Below, piece by piece: positions 19,210-27,497 of a stretch of 64,000 bases of DNA. The translations under genes were made by a program, and so were the position numbers. Within the stretch, counting starts at the first letter, position 1; each line of letters starts with the position of its first letter. The notes under the pieces are model-generated. The model saw only the letters and a list, made by a program, of their open reading frames with translations, made no database searches and was not told where the DNA came from. The DNA comes from a virus (lineage: Duplodnaviria > Caudoviricetes), in IMG/VR virus record IMGVR_UViG_3300025519_000052, positions 1 through 64,000 of that record, one strand, 5' to 3'.

Positions 19210-20277
19210 CTATTTTTTTAATGATTCAAGTTTATTTCTAAATTCAATTAATTCATCAAGAGGATTTGATCGTTCTTGTTGTTTATCTTCTTGTTGTTTA
19301 TCTTCTTGTTGTTTATTTTCTTGTTGTTTAATTTTTTCTTCCTTGTCAGGCTGCTCTTTAGTTGTCTTTTCATCTTCAACTTTTTCAGATTTACTAAATT
19401 CATTAGTAATATGTTTTTCTTCTTTAGGCTTTTCTTCTTCGGATTTTTTGTCTTCTGATTTTTCGTTTTCGGATTTTTCTTCTGTTTTTTTAGCAACTTC
19501 TTCTTGAGATTTTTCATCAACAGGTTCATCAGGTTTTTTCTCTGTAACTTCTGTTGATTTTTCCTCTTCATGGGGTTGTTCTTCAACAACTTCCAGTTTT
19601 GGAGTTAGTTCTTTTCGAACTTCCTCAACTTCTTCTTTTACCGATCGAAGTTCTTGAACTTCAGCTGCTAAAGCATTAACCCTTTCTTCAAGAGCAACTA
19701 ACAATTGTTTTAATTCTTTCATTGATCTGTTCTCCTTCATTACTTCTTGAGGAACTTCAACATCTTTAATAAGATCGATGCCTCGGGCAGCGATGCTTGA
19801 TTGTGAATATGCTGGATCACGAACTACCGAAACCTCAAACAATTCGAGTTCCTCAACTGTCCTTTCAAAAAGATCAAAGTCAATAGAACGCCAACTATCT
19901 TTAATCGTTCGGAATCCAAAACTCATATTTTTCAAAATTCCAGCTTTAATTAATTCGTAATAGTCTCGACCCCAAGAAGTTGGTGTAATAGTCGCAGACA
20001 TAAATAAACCTTTATCATCTTCTCTTAGTTTCAAAGAACCATTACGAGTTGATGCAAGGATTTTCTTATTATCATGTTCAGCTAAAAAATCAATGTCACG
20101 TTGGCTATTATCGATAGCTCTTTGAAAAGCTCCAGGAGCAATTTTTTCTACAAATTTTGTTGTAGCACCAAGTATATTACTCAGTTTACCAGTTTCATTT
20201 ACATATCCAGATACTGTCATTGACCCATCTTCAGAAGAAGTCAATTTAACATTCTGAACACGAAGCTCTATTCCCAT
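19210..20277 (-). CDS. HK97-type prohead protease with long charged C-terminal extension
   Basis: FLAEHD...LKNMSFGF...LFEVSVVRDPAY motifs. Confidence 0.92.
   Translation of the reverse strand: MGIELRVQNVKLTSSEDGSMTVSGYVNETGKLSNILGATTKFVEKIAPGAFQRAIDNSQRDIDFLAEHDNKKILASTRNGSLKLREDDKGLFMSATITPTSWGRDYYELIKAGILKNMSFGFRTIKDSWRSIDFDLFERTVEELELFEVSVVRDPAYSQSSIAARGIDLIKDVEVPQEVMKENRSMKELKQLLVALEERVNALAAEVQELRSVKEEVEEVRKELTPKLEVVEEQPHEEEKSTEVTEKKPDEPVDEKSQEEVAKKTEEKSENEKSEDKKSEEEKPKEEKHITNEFSKSEKVEDEKTTKEQPDKEEKIKQQENKQQEDKQQEDKQQERSNPLDELIEFRNKLESLKK
19273..19330. repeat. 15-bp tandem repeat (EDKQQ units) in the protease tail
   Basis: TTCTTGTTGTTTATC, about 3.7 copies. Confidence 0.9.
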
Positions 20278-20284
20278 ATATTAA

Positions 20285-21637
20285 TTACACCTCCTCATTT
20301 TGATTTGTGTTTGTTTTATCCACTTCTTCATTTTGAGAAGAAGGGTTATTTTCGTTTTGAGGTTGAGGTGTATTTTGATTTTGAGCAGAAGTTAGATTTT
20401 TAGGGTCAATAGTTGTGCCCATATTAGGAATTGTCATTAGACCTGTTTTAGGATCAAAGAAGATTGCTCCTAAGTTCCAAGTAAAATAATCATTATCAAG
20501 AGCTGGCATATCAATTCGGCGTCTTGCTTCACTAATAGACAATAAACCTTTTTCCATAGCTGTTACTGTTGCTTCGATTTTTTCTTTCTCAGTTGTTCTC
20601 AATAATTCAGAAACATCAAACCTAAAATAATATCCATCTTGTTTTTCAGACTCTAATAAAAGTGATTTATTAAGAGCTGCTTCAATAGATGTAATAATTG
20701 GCGAAATACAATATTGAAGGAAGTGAATATTATTTTGCTCGTTCGAAGCATATTTATTTGCTGAGCTATTAATCATTGATTCTGGAACATTAAAGATTCT
20801 AGCAATCTCTGCAACCGTATTTTTTCGGACATTGGTTAAGTCCAATTCATTTGGTTTCATAGAGATTGGCGAATAATCAAGTCCTTCTTCAAGGATGATT
20901 GTTTTGCCAGCTTTCTTTGCTCCACCATACAAATTTTCCCAGCTAGCTCTTAATCGATTGATTGCTTTTTCTGTTAATCTTGAACTTGCTTTTAAAATAC
21001 CAATTGGCAAAGCACCGTTTTTCAAAATCCCTGTTGTATAATCTTGTTCATCAAGAGCAAGTCGAAGTACATCAGAATTTTGTTTTAAAATACCTTCTGA
21101 AGTAATCCCATCTTTACTATCTTTCAGAACAATGATTAAATCTTCAGGCTGGTATTGTTCTTTTGTATTTCCATAAAGTAAATTAACAACTGCGGTAAAC
21201 TTATAACCGTTTTGACGGTATTTTGTAATTGATATTTCTTCAATTGGAAGATTGTATAATGCAATAGCATCATTTCTTACTCTCTCAACTTTTGTATATG
21301 AAGCTCCGTGGAATAAATAATCTTTTACAATTTGCTTCTTAAAATTGTATCCATTGATTAATTCATTTGGCTCATCATTAAGCAAAAAGGTTCTTCGGTC
21401 AGGAATAGGTGTTACTTCACCTTTTTCATTTTCTTTGTAAAGATAAATTGGCAATTGAGCAACTGATGAGGCTATTAATTCAACAGAAGTAGCTACGGCT
21501 GGGATTTTCATGGCTTGATCTTCAGTAATTTTTGCTCCATCGCCAAAAAAGGAGGTGATTGAAAAACTCCCATATGAATATTCTTGCTGATTTCGCTCTT
21601 CATCTGGGCCATTTTTCTTTTTATTAAAGATTCCCAT
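20285..21637 (-). CDS. Portal protein, HK97 family
   Basis: AMKIPAVATSVELIASSVAQLP...IARIFNVP...LLSISEARR. Confidence 0.95.
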   Translation of the reverse strand: MGIFNKKKNGPDEERNQQEYSYGSFSITSFFGDGAKITEDQAMKIPAVATSVELIASSVAQLPIYLYKENEKGEVTPIPDRRTFLLNDEPNELINGYNFKKQIVKDYLFHGASYTKVERVRNDAIALYNLPIEEISITKYRQNGYKFTAVVNLLYGNTKEQYQPEDLIIVLKDSKDGITSEGILKQNSDVLRLALDEQDYTTGILKNGALPIGILKASSRLTEKAINRLRASWENLYGGAKKAGKTIILEEGLDYSPISMKPNELDLTNVRKNTVAEIARIFNVPESMINSSANKYASNEQNNIHFLQYCISPIITSIEAALNKSLLLESEKQDGYYFRFDVSELLRTTEKEKIEATVTAMEKGLLSISEARRRIDMPALDNDYFTWNLGAIFFDPKTGLMTIPNMGTTIDPKNLTSAQNQNTPQPQNENNPSSQNEEVDKTNTNQNEEV

Positions 21638-21782
21638 ACCCTAAAAAATGACCCTCCTTTCTTGTAAAATGAAAGCAAATTGCTACATTTTTGGCTAAAT
21701 TTAAGTAATTTTTTTGACTTAAACTTAGATTTTATCTACGAAAATTAGTTTTTTTCCATAAAAAATCTCCCAAATTTAGATC

Positions 21783-21812
21783 AAAATGGGATAAAATGGG
21801 ACTAAAATGGAA
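21783..21812. repeat. Triple AAAATGG(G/A)A direct repeat between terL and portal
   Basis: Copies at 21783, 21793, 21804. Confidence 0.75.
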
Positions 21813-21827
21813 GAATTTTAACTAATT

Positions 21828-23525
21828 TTATAGGACAATTATGTCTCTTTCTTCATAAACACTTACTAATCCTTCTTCAACATCCTTATTCCAAAGGACC
21901 ATTGCATTCAGAGTGGCAGCAACCATATCAATTTTGCCGGTTGATTTCTTTTTATTTACGTAAGTATTCAAGTTATTGTCTTTAACTTCGCGAGCATTTG
22001 AGAAGTTAATTTCTAATAATTTGTTCTTTATATATTTGAAACTTCCTTTTAACACTCGTTCTTTTAAAAGTTTAGTTGCAGGATGCAAAACACTTGAATG
22101 TTGCTTTATTTCAATTGTATTATATCCAGCTTCATACCATCTGTTAGCAGAAGAAATAGCATTATAACGGTCATAACCAATACCGCGAATTTTTACACCA
22201 TATTTTTCTTCAAGCGAAAGAACAAAATCTTCTACAAATCTATAACTTATAACTTTATCTCCACAAAAGAAGCAATATCCATTGTCCCTCATTATAAAGT
22301 AATCAATTTTTTCAACTCTACTTTTTTCATGGGCTCTTTCCTCTGGGATAAATGCCCATGCCTGTGCAACATATTCATCTTTTTCAACGTCATAAGTTAC
22401 CATTGAAACTGCTGTATTGTCTGTTGTTTGAGATAAGTCAACACCAACATAGACTTCTCTTCCTGTCCAATCATATTCATCAATTCGTCCTTTTTTAAGT
22501 TCTTCAGTTGGAATATAAACTTCTGAATCATCACCATCAACGAATATATTCATATGCTTAGTCAAGAAGTTTTTCTTAGTGCTTGGAAGTTCAATTGCTG
22601 TTTTTCTTTTTTTCTTCAAATATTCTAGGTTCTCTGGAAGATCATTACAAAGAGGATTTGCTTCCAATAATGATTTATCAGATAACCAATCTTTCGGATC
22701 ATCTGGTGCATAAATTAAAGCAAATAAAGTTTCATCTTGAATTAATCCATCAAGAACTTTCTTAGCAAATTCAACTTCTTCAGCCATCGGATTATTCAAT
22801 GATTCATATGCTGTTGAGATTAATATTCCTGTACGGTTGACCATGTTCATCTGTGAAGATTGCATGGCATCAATTGGATAACGATTTCTTAAAGCACCAA
22901 CTTCATCAGCAACAAATACATTTGCTTTACGGCCATCCATCCTGTTTTCAGAGTAAGCAAGTGGAACAAATTTAGATTTTGTAAGAGTACATCTAATTTC
23001 GCTCCTTGTAATCTGGAAATATTTTTGGATTAATGGGGAAGCTAATATTGCTTGCTCAACTTCCTTCTTAACGATAGAAGAAAGTTCTCTATCTGGCGCG
23101 ACTGAATAGAACTCTGAAAATTCAGGTTCAATCAATAACAGAATTATAAAGATCAACGCAACTAAGAATGATTTACCTGATTTACGAGCAATAAGTAGAA
23201 CTGATTTTTCATATCTTCTTTTTATTGGATTATCTTTGTGCTTCCAACATAAAGCATTAACTAAAAAGAACCATTGAAATGGAGCCAATGCGTCATGTGT
23301 TGGAGTACCAGCTTTTAATCCAGAAGCCATGTTAATCAATTTTGTAAGATCAGTAATCTTCTTTAGTTCATTTTCATCAATAAAATATTTTGAATCCTCA
23401 TTATTTAATTCATCTAAGAATTGTTGACATGCTTTTATAACATACTTACCAGCAATGATATGTTTCTCAGTTACTTGGAGAGCATACTGATAAGCAGCAT
23501 GATCCTTAATGTATGAGGAAACCAT
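21828..23525 (-). CDS. terL: Terminase large subunit
   Basis: Walker A ARKSGKS, Walker B VADE, GVDLSQTTD nuclease motif, GKIDMVAA. Confidence 0.97.
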   Translation of the reverse strand: MVSSYIKDHAAYQYALQVTEKHIIAGKYVIKACQQFLDELNNEDSKYFIDENELKKITDLTKLINMASGLKAGTPTHDALAPFQWFFLVNALCWKHKDNPIKRRYEKSVLLIARKSGKSFLVALIFIILLLIEPEFSEFYSVAPDRELSSIVKKEVEQAILASPLIQKYFQITRSEIRCTLTKSKFVPLAYSENRMDGRKANVFVADEVGALRNRYPIDAMQSSQMNMVNRTGILISTAYESLNNPMAEEVEFAKKVLDGLIQDETLFALIYAPDDPKDWLSDKSLLEANPLCNDLPENLEYLKKKRKTAIELPSTKKNFLTKHMNIFVDGDDSEVYIPTEELKKGRIDEYDWTGREVYVGVDLSQTTDNTAVSMVTYDVEKDEYVAQAWAFIPEERAHEKSRVEKIDYFIMRDNGYCFFCGDKVISYRFVEDFVLSLEEKYGVKIRGIGYDRYNAISSANRWYEAGYNTIEIKQHSSVLHPATKLLKERVLKGSFKYIKNKLLEINFSNAREVKDNNLNTYVNKKKSTGKIDMVAATLNAMVLWNKDVEEGLVSVYEERDIIVL

Positions 23526-23549
23526 ATCATCACCTTCAGCATTATTGAT

Positions 23550-23616
23550 TCAGCGAGATGGGAATCGAATCCACATTTTTGCTACTGGCTACCATTTGCC
23601 ATTAAATTACTCGCTG
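23550..23616 (-). pseudogene. Degenerate tRNA
   Basis: Perfect 7-bp acceptor CAGCGAG/CTCGCTG, D-arm ATTT-AATGGC-AAAT, T-arm GTGGA-TTCGATT-CCCAT with the conserved G53 changed to A; anticodon arm about 4 nt short and unpaired; no CCA. Confidence 0.7.
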
Positions 23617-23625
23617 GTAATATTA

Positions 23626-23661
23626 AAAAGATCCTTGCGCCAATCGGAGTAAGCGCAGGGA
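23626..23661 (-). terminator. Terminator-like hairpin after terS
   Basis: TCCCTGCGC/GCGCAAGGA stem then TCTTTTT on the minus strand. Confidence 0.6.
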
Positions 23662-23667
23662 CCTTAA

Positions 23668-24162
23668 TTATGAGCTTCTTAATATTTTTAATAATGGATC
23701 AGCTTCTTCTTTTTTCTTCTCAATCTTCATTCCAGCTAATTGAGCACGAGATGATGGACTTAATCCAAGTTGAGTTGCCAAAAATCTAAATTGATTAAGA
23801 TATTTTTGTTTAGTCCCAACAGCTGGATTTTCTTTCTCTATTTCATGACCATAACGGTCAATTTGCTTAATTATAATACCTTCTTCATTAATTATTTTAT
23901 CAGCTTGTCTCATTTTACTTAGACAATCAGCAGTTTGTTCGAGTAATGGCTTGTCTAAGTTTGACAAAATATCATTAATCTCTAATTCATTAACTAAAAA
24001 TGTATAATATTCTTTGGCAAGCTCATCAAGATGTTCAGGAACTTTATAAATTAAATCCTTGTTTCCTATAAGCTTTTGCTCTTCTGCTGCGCGTTTTTTT
24101 AATTGGGCTTTAGACTCTGAATGTCCTTGTTTAAGAGATGCGGGCTTTTTAGGCCTTGCCAT
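23668..24162 (-). CDS. terS: Terminase small subunit (P27 family)
   Basis: MARPKKP start, ENPAV, LGLSPSSRAQL motifs. Confidence 0.93.
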   Translation of the reverse strand: MARPKKPASLKQGHSESKAQLKKRAAEEQKLIGNKDLIYKVPEHLDELAKEYYTFLVNELEINDILSNLDKPLLEQTADCLSKMRQADKIINEEGIIIKQIDRYGHEIEKENPAVGTKQKYLNQFRFLATQLGLSPSSRAQLAGMKIEKKKEEADPLLKILRSS

Positions 24163-24180
24163 ATTATTGCCCTCCTCTCT

Positions 24181-24621
24181 TTAAAGCTTGAAATCAAAAT
24201 CTGTATTTTTTAAATCAATATTCGGCTTGAAATCTAACTCTTTATTTGTACCAAGTTGTAAGTTACAAGTTTTACAAAGTGTAATCAGATTTGATTCATC
24301 ATAGATTAAATCAGGGTACTCAATACGAGGTTTTATATGATGAATTTGTAAATTCTCACTGTTAATAATGCCATACTTAATAAGACATCTTTGACAAATT
24401 CCCTTATCTCTTTTAATTATTAGAGAACGAAGTTTTCTCCATCTAGCTGTTTTTAACGGTGCTAAAATCTCTTTGTGCTCTTTATAATAATTTCGTTGAT
24501 ATTTATTTTTGTTATTTCCCTTTTTGCAAGAACAAGTTTCATTAAACGGTATTCGCTTACCACAATTTGAGCAAATCTTCATTTTCTTGTTGCTCATCTT
24601 CATCATCCAACTCAAATTCAT
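24181..24621 (-). CDS. HNH endonuclease (cos-packaging type); true start probably a downstream Met
   Basis: RWRKLR...RDKGICQRC...IHHIKP...NLITLCKTCN; immediately upstream of terS. Confidence 0.9.
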   Translation of the reverse strand: MNLSWMMKMSNKKMKICSNCGKRIPFNETCSCKKGNNKNKYQRNYYKEHKEILAPLKTARWRKLRSLIIKRDKGICQRCLIKYGIINSENLQIHHIKPRIEYPDLIYDESNLITLCKTCNLQLGTNKELDFKPNIDLKNTDFDFKL

Positions 24622-24790
24622 CTAATTCTTCTTGTTCTGCACCGCAATAAGAACACTCATATACTATTTTTCCTTGTTCATTTTTATATTTAATAATATG
24701 AGAACCACAATATTCACAAATTTTCCCTGTGCGATTATCCTTCATTTTTCTCACTACTTTTAAACTCATTTTGAAGTTAATCTCAAACAA
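24557..24790 (-). CDS. Small zinc-ribbon protein
   Basis: CEYC...CSYC with an acidic tail. Confidence 0.6.
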   Translation of the reverse strand: MFEINFKMSLKVVRKMKDNRTGKICEYCGSHIIKYKNEQGKIVYECSYCGAEQEELDEFELDDEDEQQENEDLLKLW

Positions 24791-25266
24791 ATTGCTTTTT
24801 CATACACTTAAAATGTCTCTATTTAAAAATATCTCTATAATATAATGTGCACAACTAGAAGTTTTCAGACACATTTTACATAAAAAATTAAAAAATTTTT
24901 TCAATAAAGCACGTACAATAAGTCAAAAAATAGTGCAAAAAAATAAGCAGCCAATAAGCTGCTTTATTGAATTGGCTTCATAATATGTTCTTAAGAATCC
25001 AATATCTTTTTCCATAGGTGTCTGAACTTAACCTCCACATGTTTGTTTTCATCTTCCGTATATCATGTAGATTGAAAATCTGAACAAAAACAAAAAATTA
25101 TTGCTGCGAATTTGACTCATACGGCTTGCATTTTGTTTCAGAGGGTTATTGCAAAGGGGTAAGGGTTAAAATGCGATACAGTGAGAATATGGAGTCCTGT
25201 GGGCAAAATAAAAAGCCTATTGATTTCACGCAAAAATCTCGTTTTGGGATGTTCGTTGTGAACGAA

Positions 25267-25320
25267 CCCCCGCGGTCTATCCCGTTGTCTGAATATTTTT
25301 TTTTTAAAAAGTAGGGGGGA
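25267..25320 (-). other. Candidate cos (cohesive end) site
   Basis: Minus strand TATCCCCCCTAC...CGGGATAGACCGCGGGGG: C-run then a GC-rich core in an AT-rich spacer upstream of HNH-terS. Confidence 0.5.
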
Positions 25321-25614
25321 TACTTTTTTCAGAAATTTTTTAGCTTCCAAATTTTATAATCAAAAAATATATCCACTATGCCCTGCAATTTCATCAAATT
25401 AAACGAATTTGAGAGAATTTTTGATATATAAAATATCTCCAAACAATATTAAATTATGATCAACGGTGCGATTTCTTAAAGATAATTAAAAAACAAACGA
25501 AGCATGCAAAAACAATAGACAAATAATATCAAACCATTTTGCTGAGATTAACAAAATAGTAATTCAAAAGCAAAAAGAATAAGTAATCATAAACCCTCAC
25601 ACTATGCCTGCTAC

Positions 25615-25649
25615 CCCATTAAAGAACCCCATTAAAAGAGCCCATTAAA
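25615..25649 (+). repeat. Triple CCCATTAAA direct repeat, 13-bp period
   Basis: Copies at 25615, 25628, 25641. Confidence 0.8.
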
Positions 25650-25698
25650 TAAGAACATAAAGGATTAAGAAAGATACTGCTAACCAGAACTCTTAGCT

Positions 25699-25724
25699 TT
25701 ACAAAAATAATTAACTCGATATAA
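25699..25724 (+). promoter_or_regulatory. TTAC-N15-GATATAA promoter motif
   Basis: Exact motif. Confidence 0.75.
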
Positions 25725-25759
25725 AAGTATAGGTATTTAATTTTTTATTTATAAATCCT

Positions 25760-25785
25760 TTACAAATACAATCTTCAAGATATAA
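25760..25785 (+). promoter_or_regulatory. TTAC-N15-GATATAA promoter motif (upstream of candidate ncRNA)
   Basis: Exact motif. Confidence 0.75.
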
Positions 25786-25799
25786 ATATACAAGAATAA

Positions 25800-26116
25800 C
25801 TTAATACATTTGCAGACATATTAGAAGCTGAGAGTTAAACTGCATTATCAAATATAACTCCAAGGTTAGCTGAAGCCGATGCTATAAAGTTCAGCCGTTG
25901 GATATACCAATTGATCGATAGTAACCGACCTTATTACTAATCTTGCAATCAGTTGGTAAGTTATCCATCGTAAGGGCTTTTGATGTTTGAGCCTTGATGA
26001 ATTAACATCTTAATCAACATCGGGAGGAGAACTCAATTAGAGGTTGATAACGCTGGCCACAAGTAAGGTTATCATTTGTCTCTACTGGAAGCTTGTGGAG
26101 TATATACTGGCTTATT
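25800..26116 (+). ncRNA. Candidate structured non-coding RNA of about 300 nt
   Basis: ORF-free island, GC-richer than its flanks, with at least eight complementary segments including a 17-bp bulged helix and several pseudoknot pairings; lies downstream of two promoter motifs. Confidence 0.55.
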
Positions 26117-26287
26117 ATATATAAATTAAATAAAAAATTAAACATAATAAATAAAATAATTATATAAATAAATAAATAAAAATAAAACAAATAACTAAAT
26201 AAAAAATAAAATAAAAATAAAAATAAATAATTAATTAATCTAGAATTGCTTTAGCAATTCGAGAAGGCGAAGCCGTAAGGCGAGCCT
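26117..26287. other. Candidate replication origin: near-pure A/T tract followed by hairpins
   Basis: About 120 bp of AAAT/AAAAT low complexity with almost no G/C, then GAATTGCT-TT-AGCAATTC and AGGCGAAGCCGTAAGGCGAGCCT. Confidence 0.45.
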
Positions 26288-26553
26288 AATAGATAACTAT
26301 ATTACATATCAATTAACTTAAATATAAAAATCAAATACAAATAACAATAATAATTATTAATTATAAATTAATCAGAGAAGTTATCTATGGTTATTAAGTA
26401 TAAATAAGTATTTGAATAAAAAGAAATATACACTACCATAAAAACTCTAAAGAATATTTATATTATTCATCTAATACAAATCTTAAGGCTCATCATTTAG
26501 CTTGCCTTAGGATTGGCAAACGGACTTGAAACAAAAATTTGTAATCTTTAAGC

Positions 26554-26579
26554 TTACGTTTTAATTTCTTTCGATATAA
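26554..26579 (+). promoter_or_regulatory. TTAC-N15-GATATAA promoter motif
   Basis: Exact motif upstream of the 26629 ORF. Confidence 0.75.
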
Positions 26580-26628
26580 GGAATTGCGTAATAACTCAAT
26601 TGCCTTATAGAATTGGAGGAAATTAACG

Positions 26629-26919
26629 ATGTTTGAAGATTACATTATCACAAAGCATGCTATTGAAAGATATGCAGAAAGGATTAAATGCAATAAGAAA
26701 GATATTATTAAAAGAATCAAAAATGATTTATATTTTACTAAAGTAAAAAAAATTATTAACAATGGTGATACTCGTTATGTATTTACACGTAACTCTAAAG
26801 AATTCATCTTTAAGAATGATAACGGTAAATGGATTTTAAAAACAGTTATTAAAAGAAGCAGAAATACAAATGCATATGCAATGCAAAAGAGAGCCAGATT
26901 ATCTAATTCTGCAGTTTAA
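26629..26919 (+). CDS. Small basic protein with HAxERxxER motif (RelE/DUF4258-like fold?)
   Basis: ITKHAIERYAERI; GGAGG RBS. Confidence 0.45.
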   Translation: MFEDYIITKHAIERYAERIKCNKKDIIKRIKNDLYFTKVKKIINNGDTRYVFTRNSKEFIFKNDNGKWILKTVIKRSRNTNAYAMQKRARLSNSAV

Positions 26920-26960
26920 TAATTAATAAAGATATAAGAATAATTGAGGAAGTGCAATTC

Positions 26961-27320
26961 ATGAATAAAGCCAATGAAGTGGCAATCAAAAAAGTAAAAG
27001 ATTGGCTTGACGCAGAAGGAAAATCCATTCAAGATCTTGCTGAGGAAGTAGGAATCAATAAATCTTTAATGAAATATATTTTAACAGGAAAATGTCAATT
27101 TCTTCCAAACAGAATGGCTCAAGTCGCAAAAGTTATGGGAATTACCGTTGAAGAATTGCTAGCTGAAGATCATTCAGAAAAATCTTATGTACTTTCTTTA
27201 CATGGGAAAGCCAATTCGAGGATTGCCAAACGACAGTTGGAAAATATGTTATTTGCAATTGAAGATTGCTTACGGATTGAAGAAATCAATCGTGCTATTG
27301 GGAATAAACTATATGAATAA
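26961..27320 (+). CDS. XRE-family HTH regulator
   Basis: KSIQDLAEEVGINKSLMKYILTG...VAKVMGITVEELL. Confidence 0.85.
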   Translation: MNKANEVAIKKVKDWLDAEGKSIQDLAEEVGINKSLMKYILTGKCQFLPNRMAQVAKVMGITVEELLAEDHSEKSYVLSLHGKANSRIAKRQLENMLFAIEDCLRIEEINRAIGNKLYE

Positions 27321-27497
27321 GTTGAAATTACAGTTGAATATGGAAGAAACTTATCATAGGCAGCCAAAAGGCTGTCTTTTTATTATAATCAAACCGTAAT
27401 AGTTATGTAAAGTCAATTAAATTTACTCTCTTAATTTAAACGATACAATAATAAAGATTCGTAGATAGAGAGAAGAATCAAATAAATTATTAGGAGC

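Noticed and set aside
21670-24760. Shared AGCAATTTG motif upstream of the portal and zinc-ribbon genes as a late promoter
   Set aside because: Only two short matches in AT-rich DNA and no consistent partner element
25126-25350. Short ORFs on both strands across the cos-like region
   Set aside because: No RBS, poly-A/T-derived composition; better explained as a non-coding packaging region
25869-26114. Resemblance of AAGCCGATGCT, GCCACA and GGCTTA to RNase P conserved regions
   Set aside because: The order and spacing of the elements do not fit and the GGUAAAC/ACAGAA motifs are missing; only a covariance-model search could revive it
26044-26124. HDV-like/theta ribozyme or a 26-aa hydrophobic peptide in the 3' pseudoknot
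   Set aside because: No P3/L3 between P2 and P1', so not HDV-like; the TTG ORF lacks a properly spaced RBS
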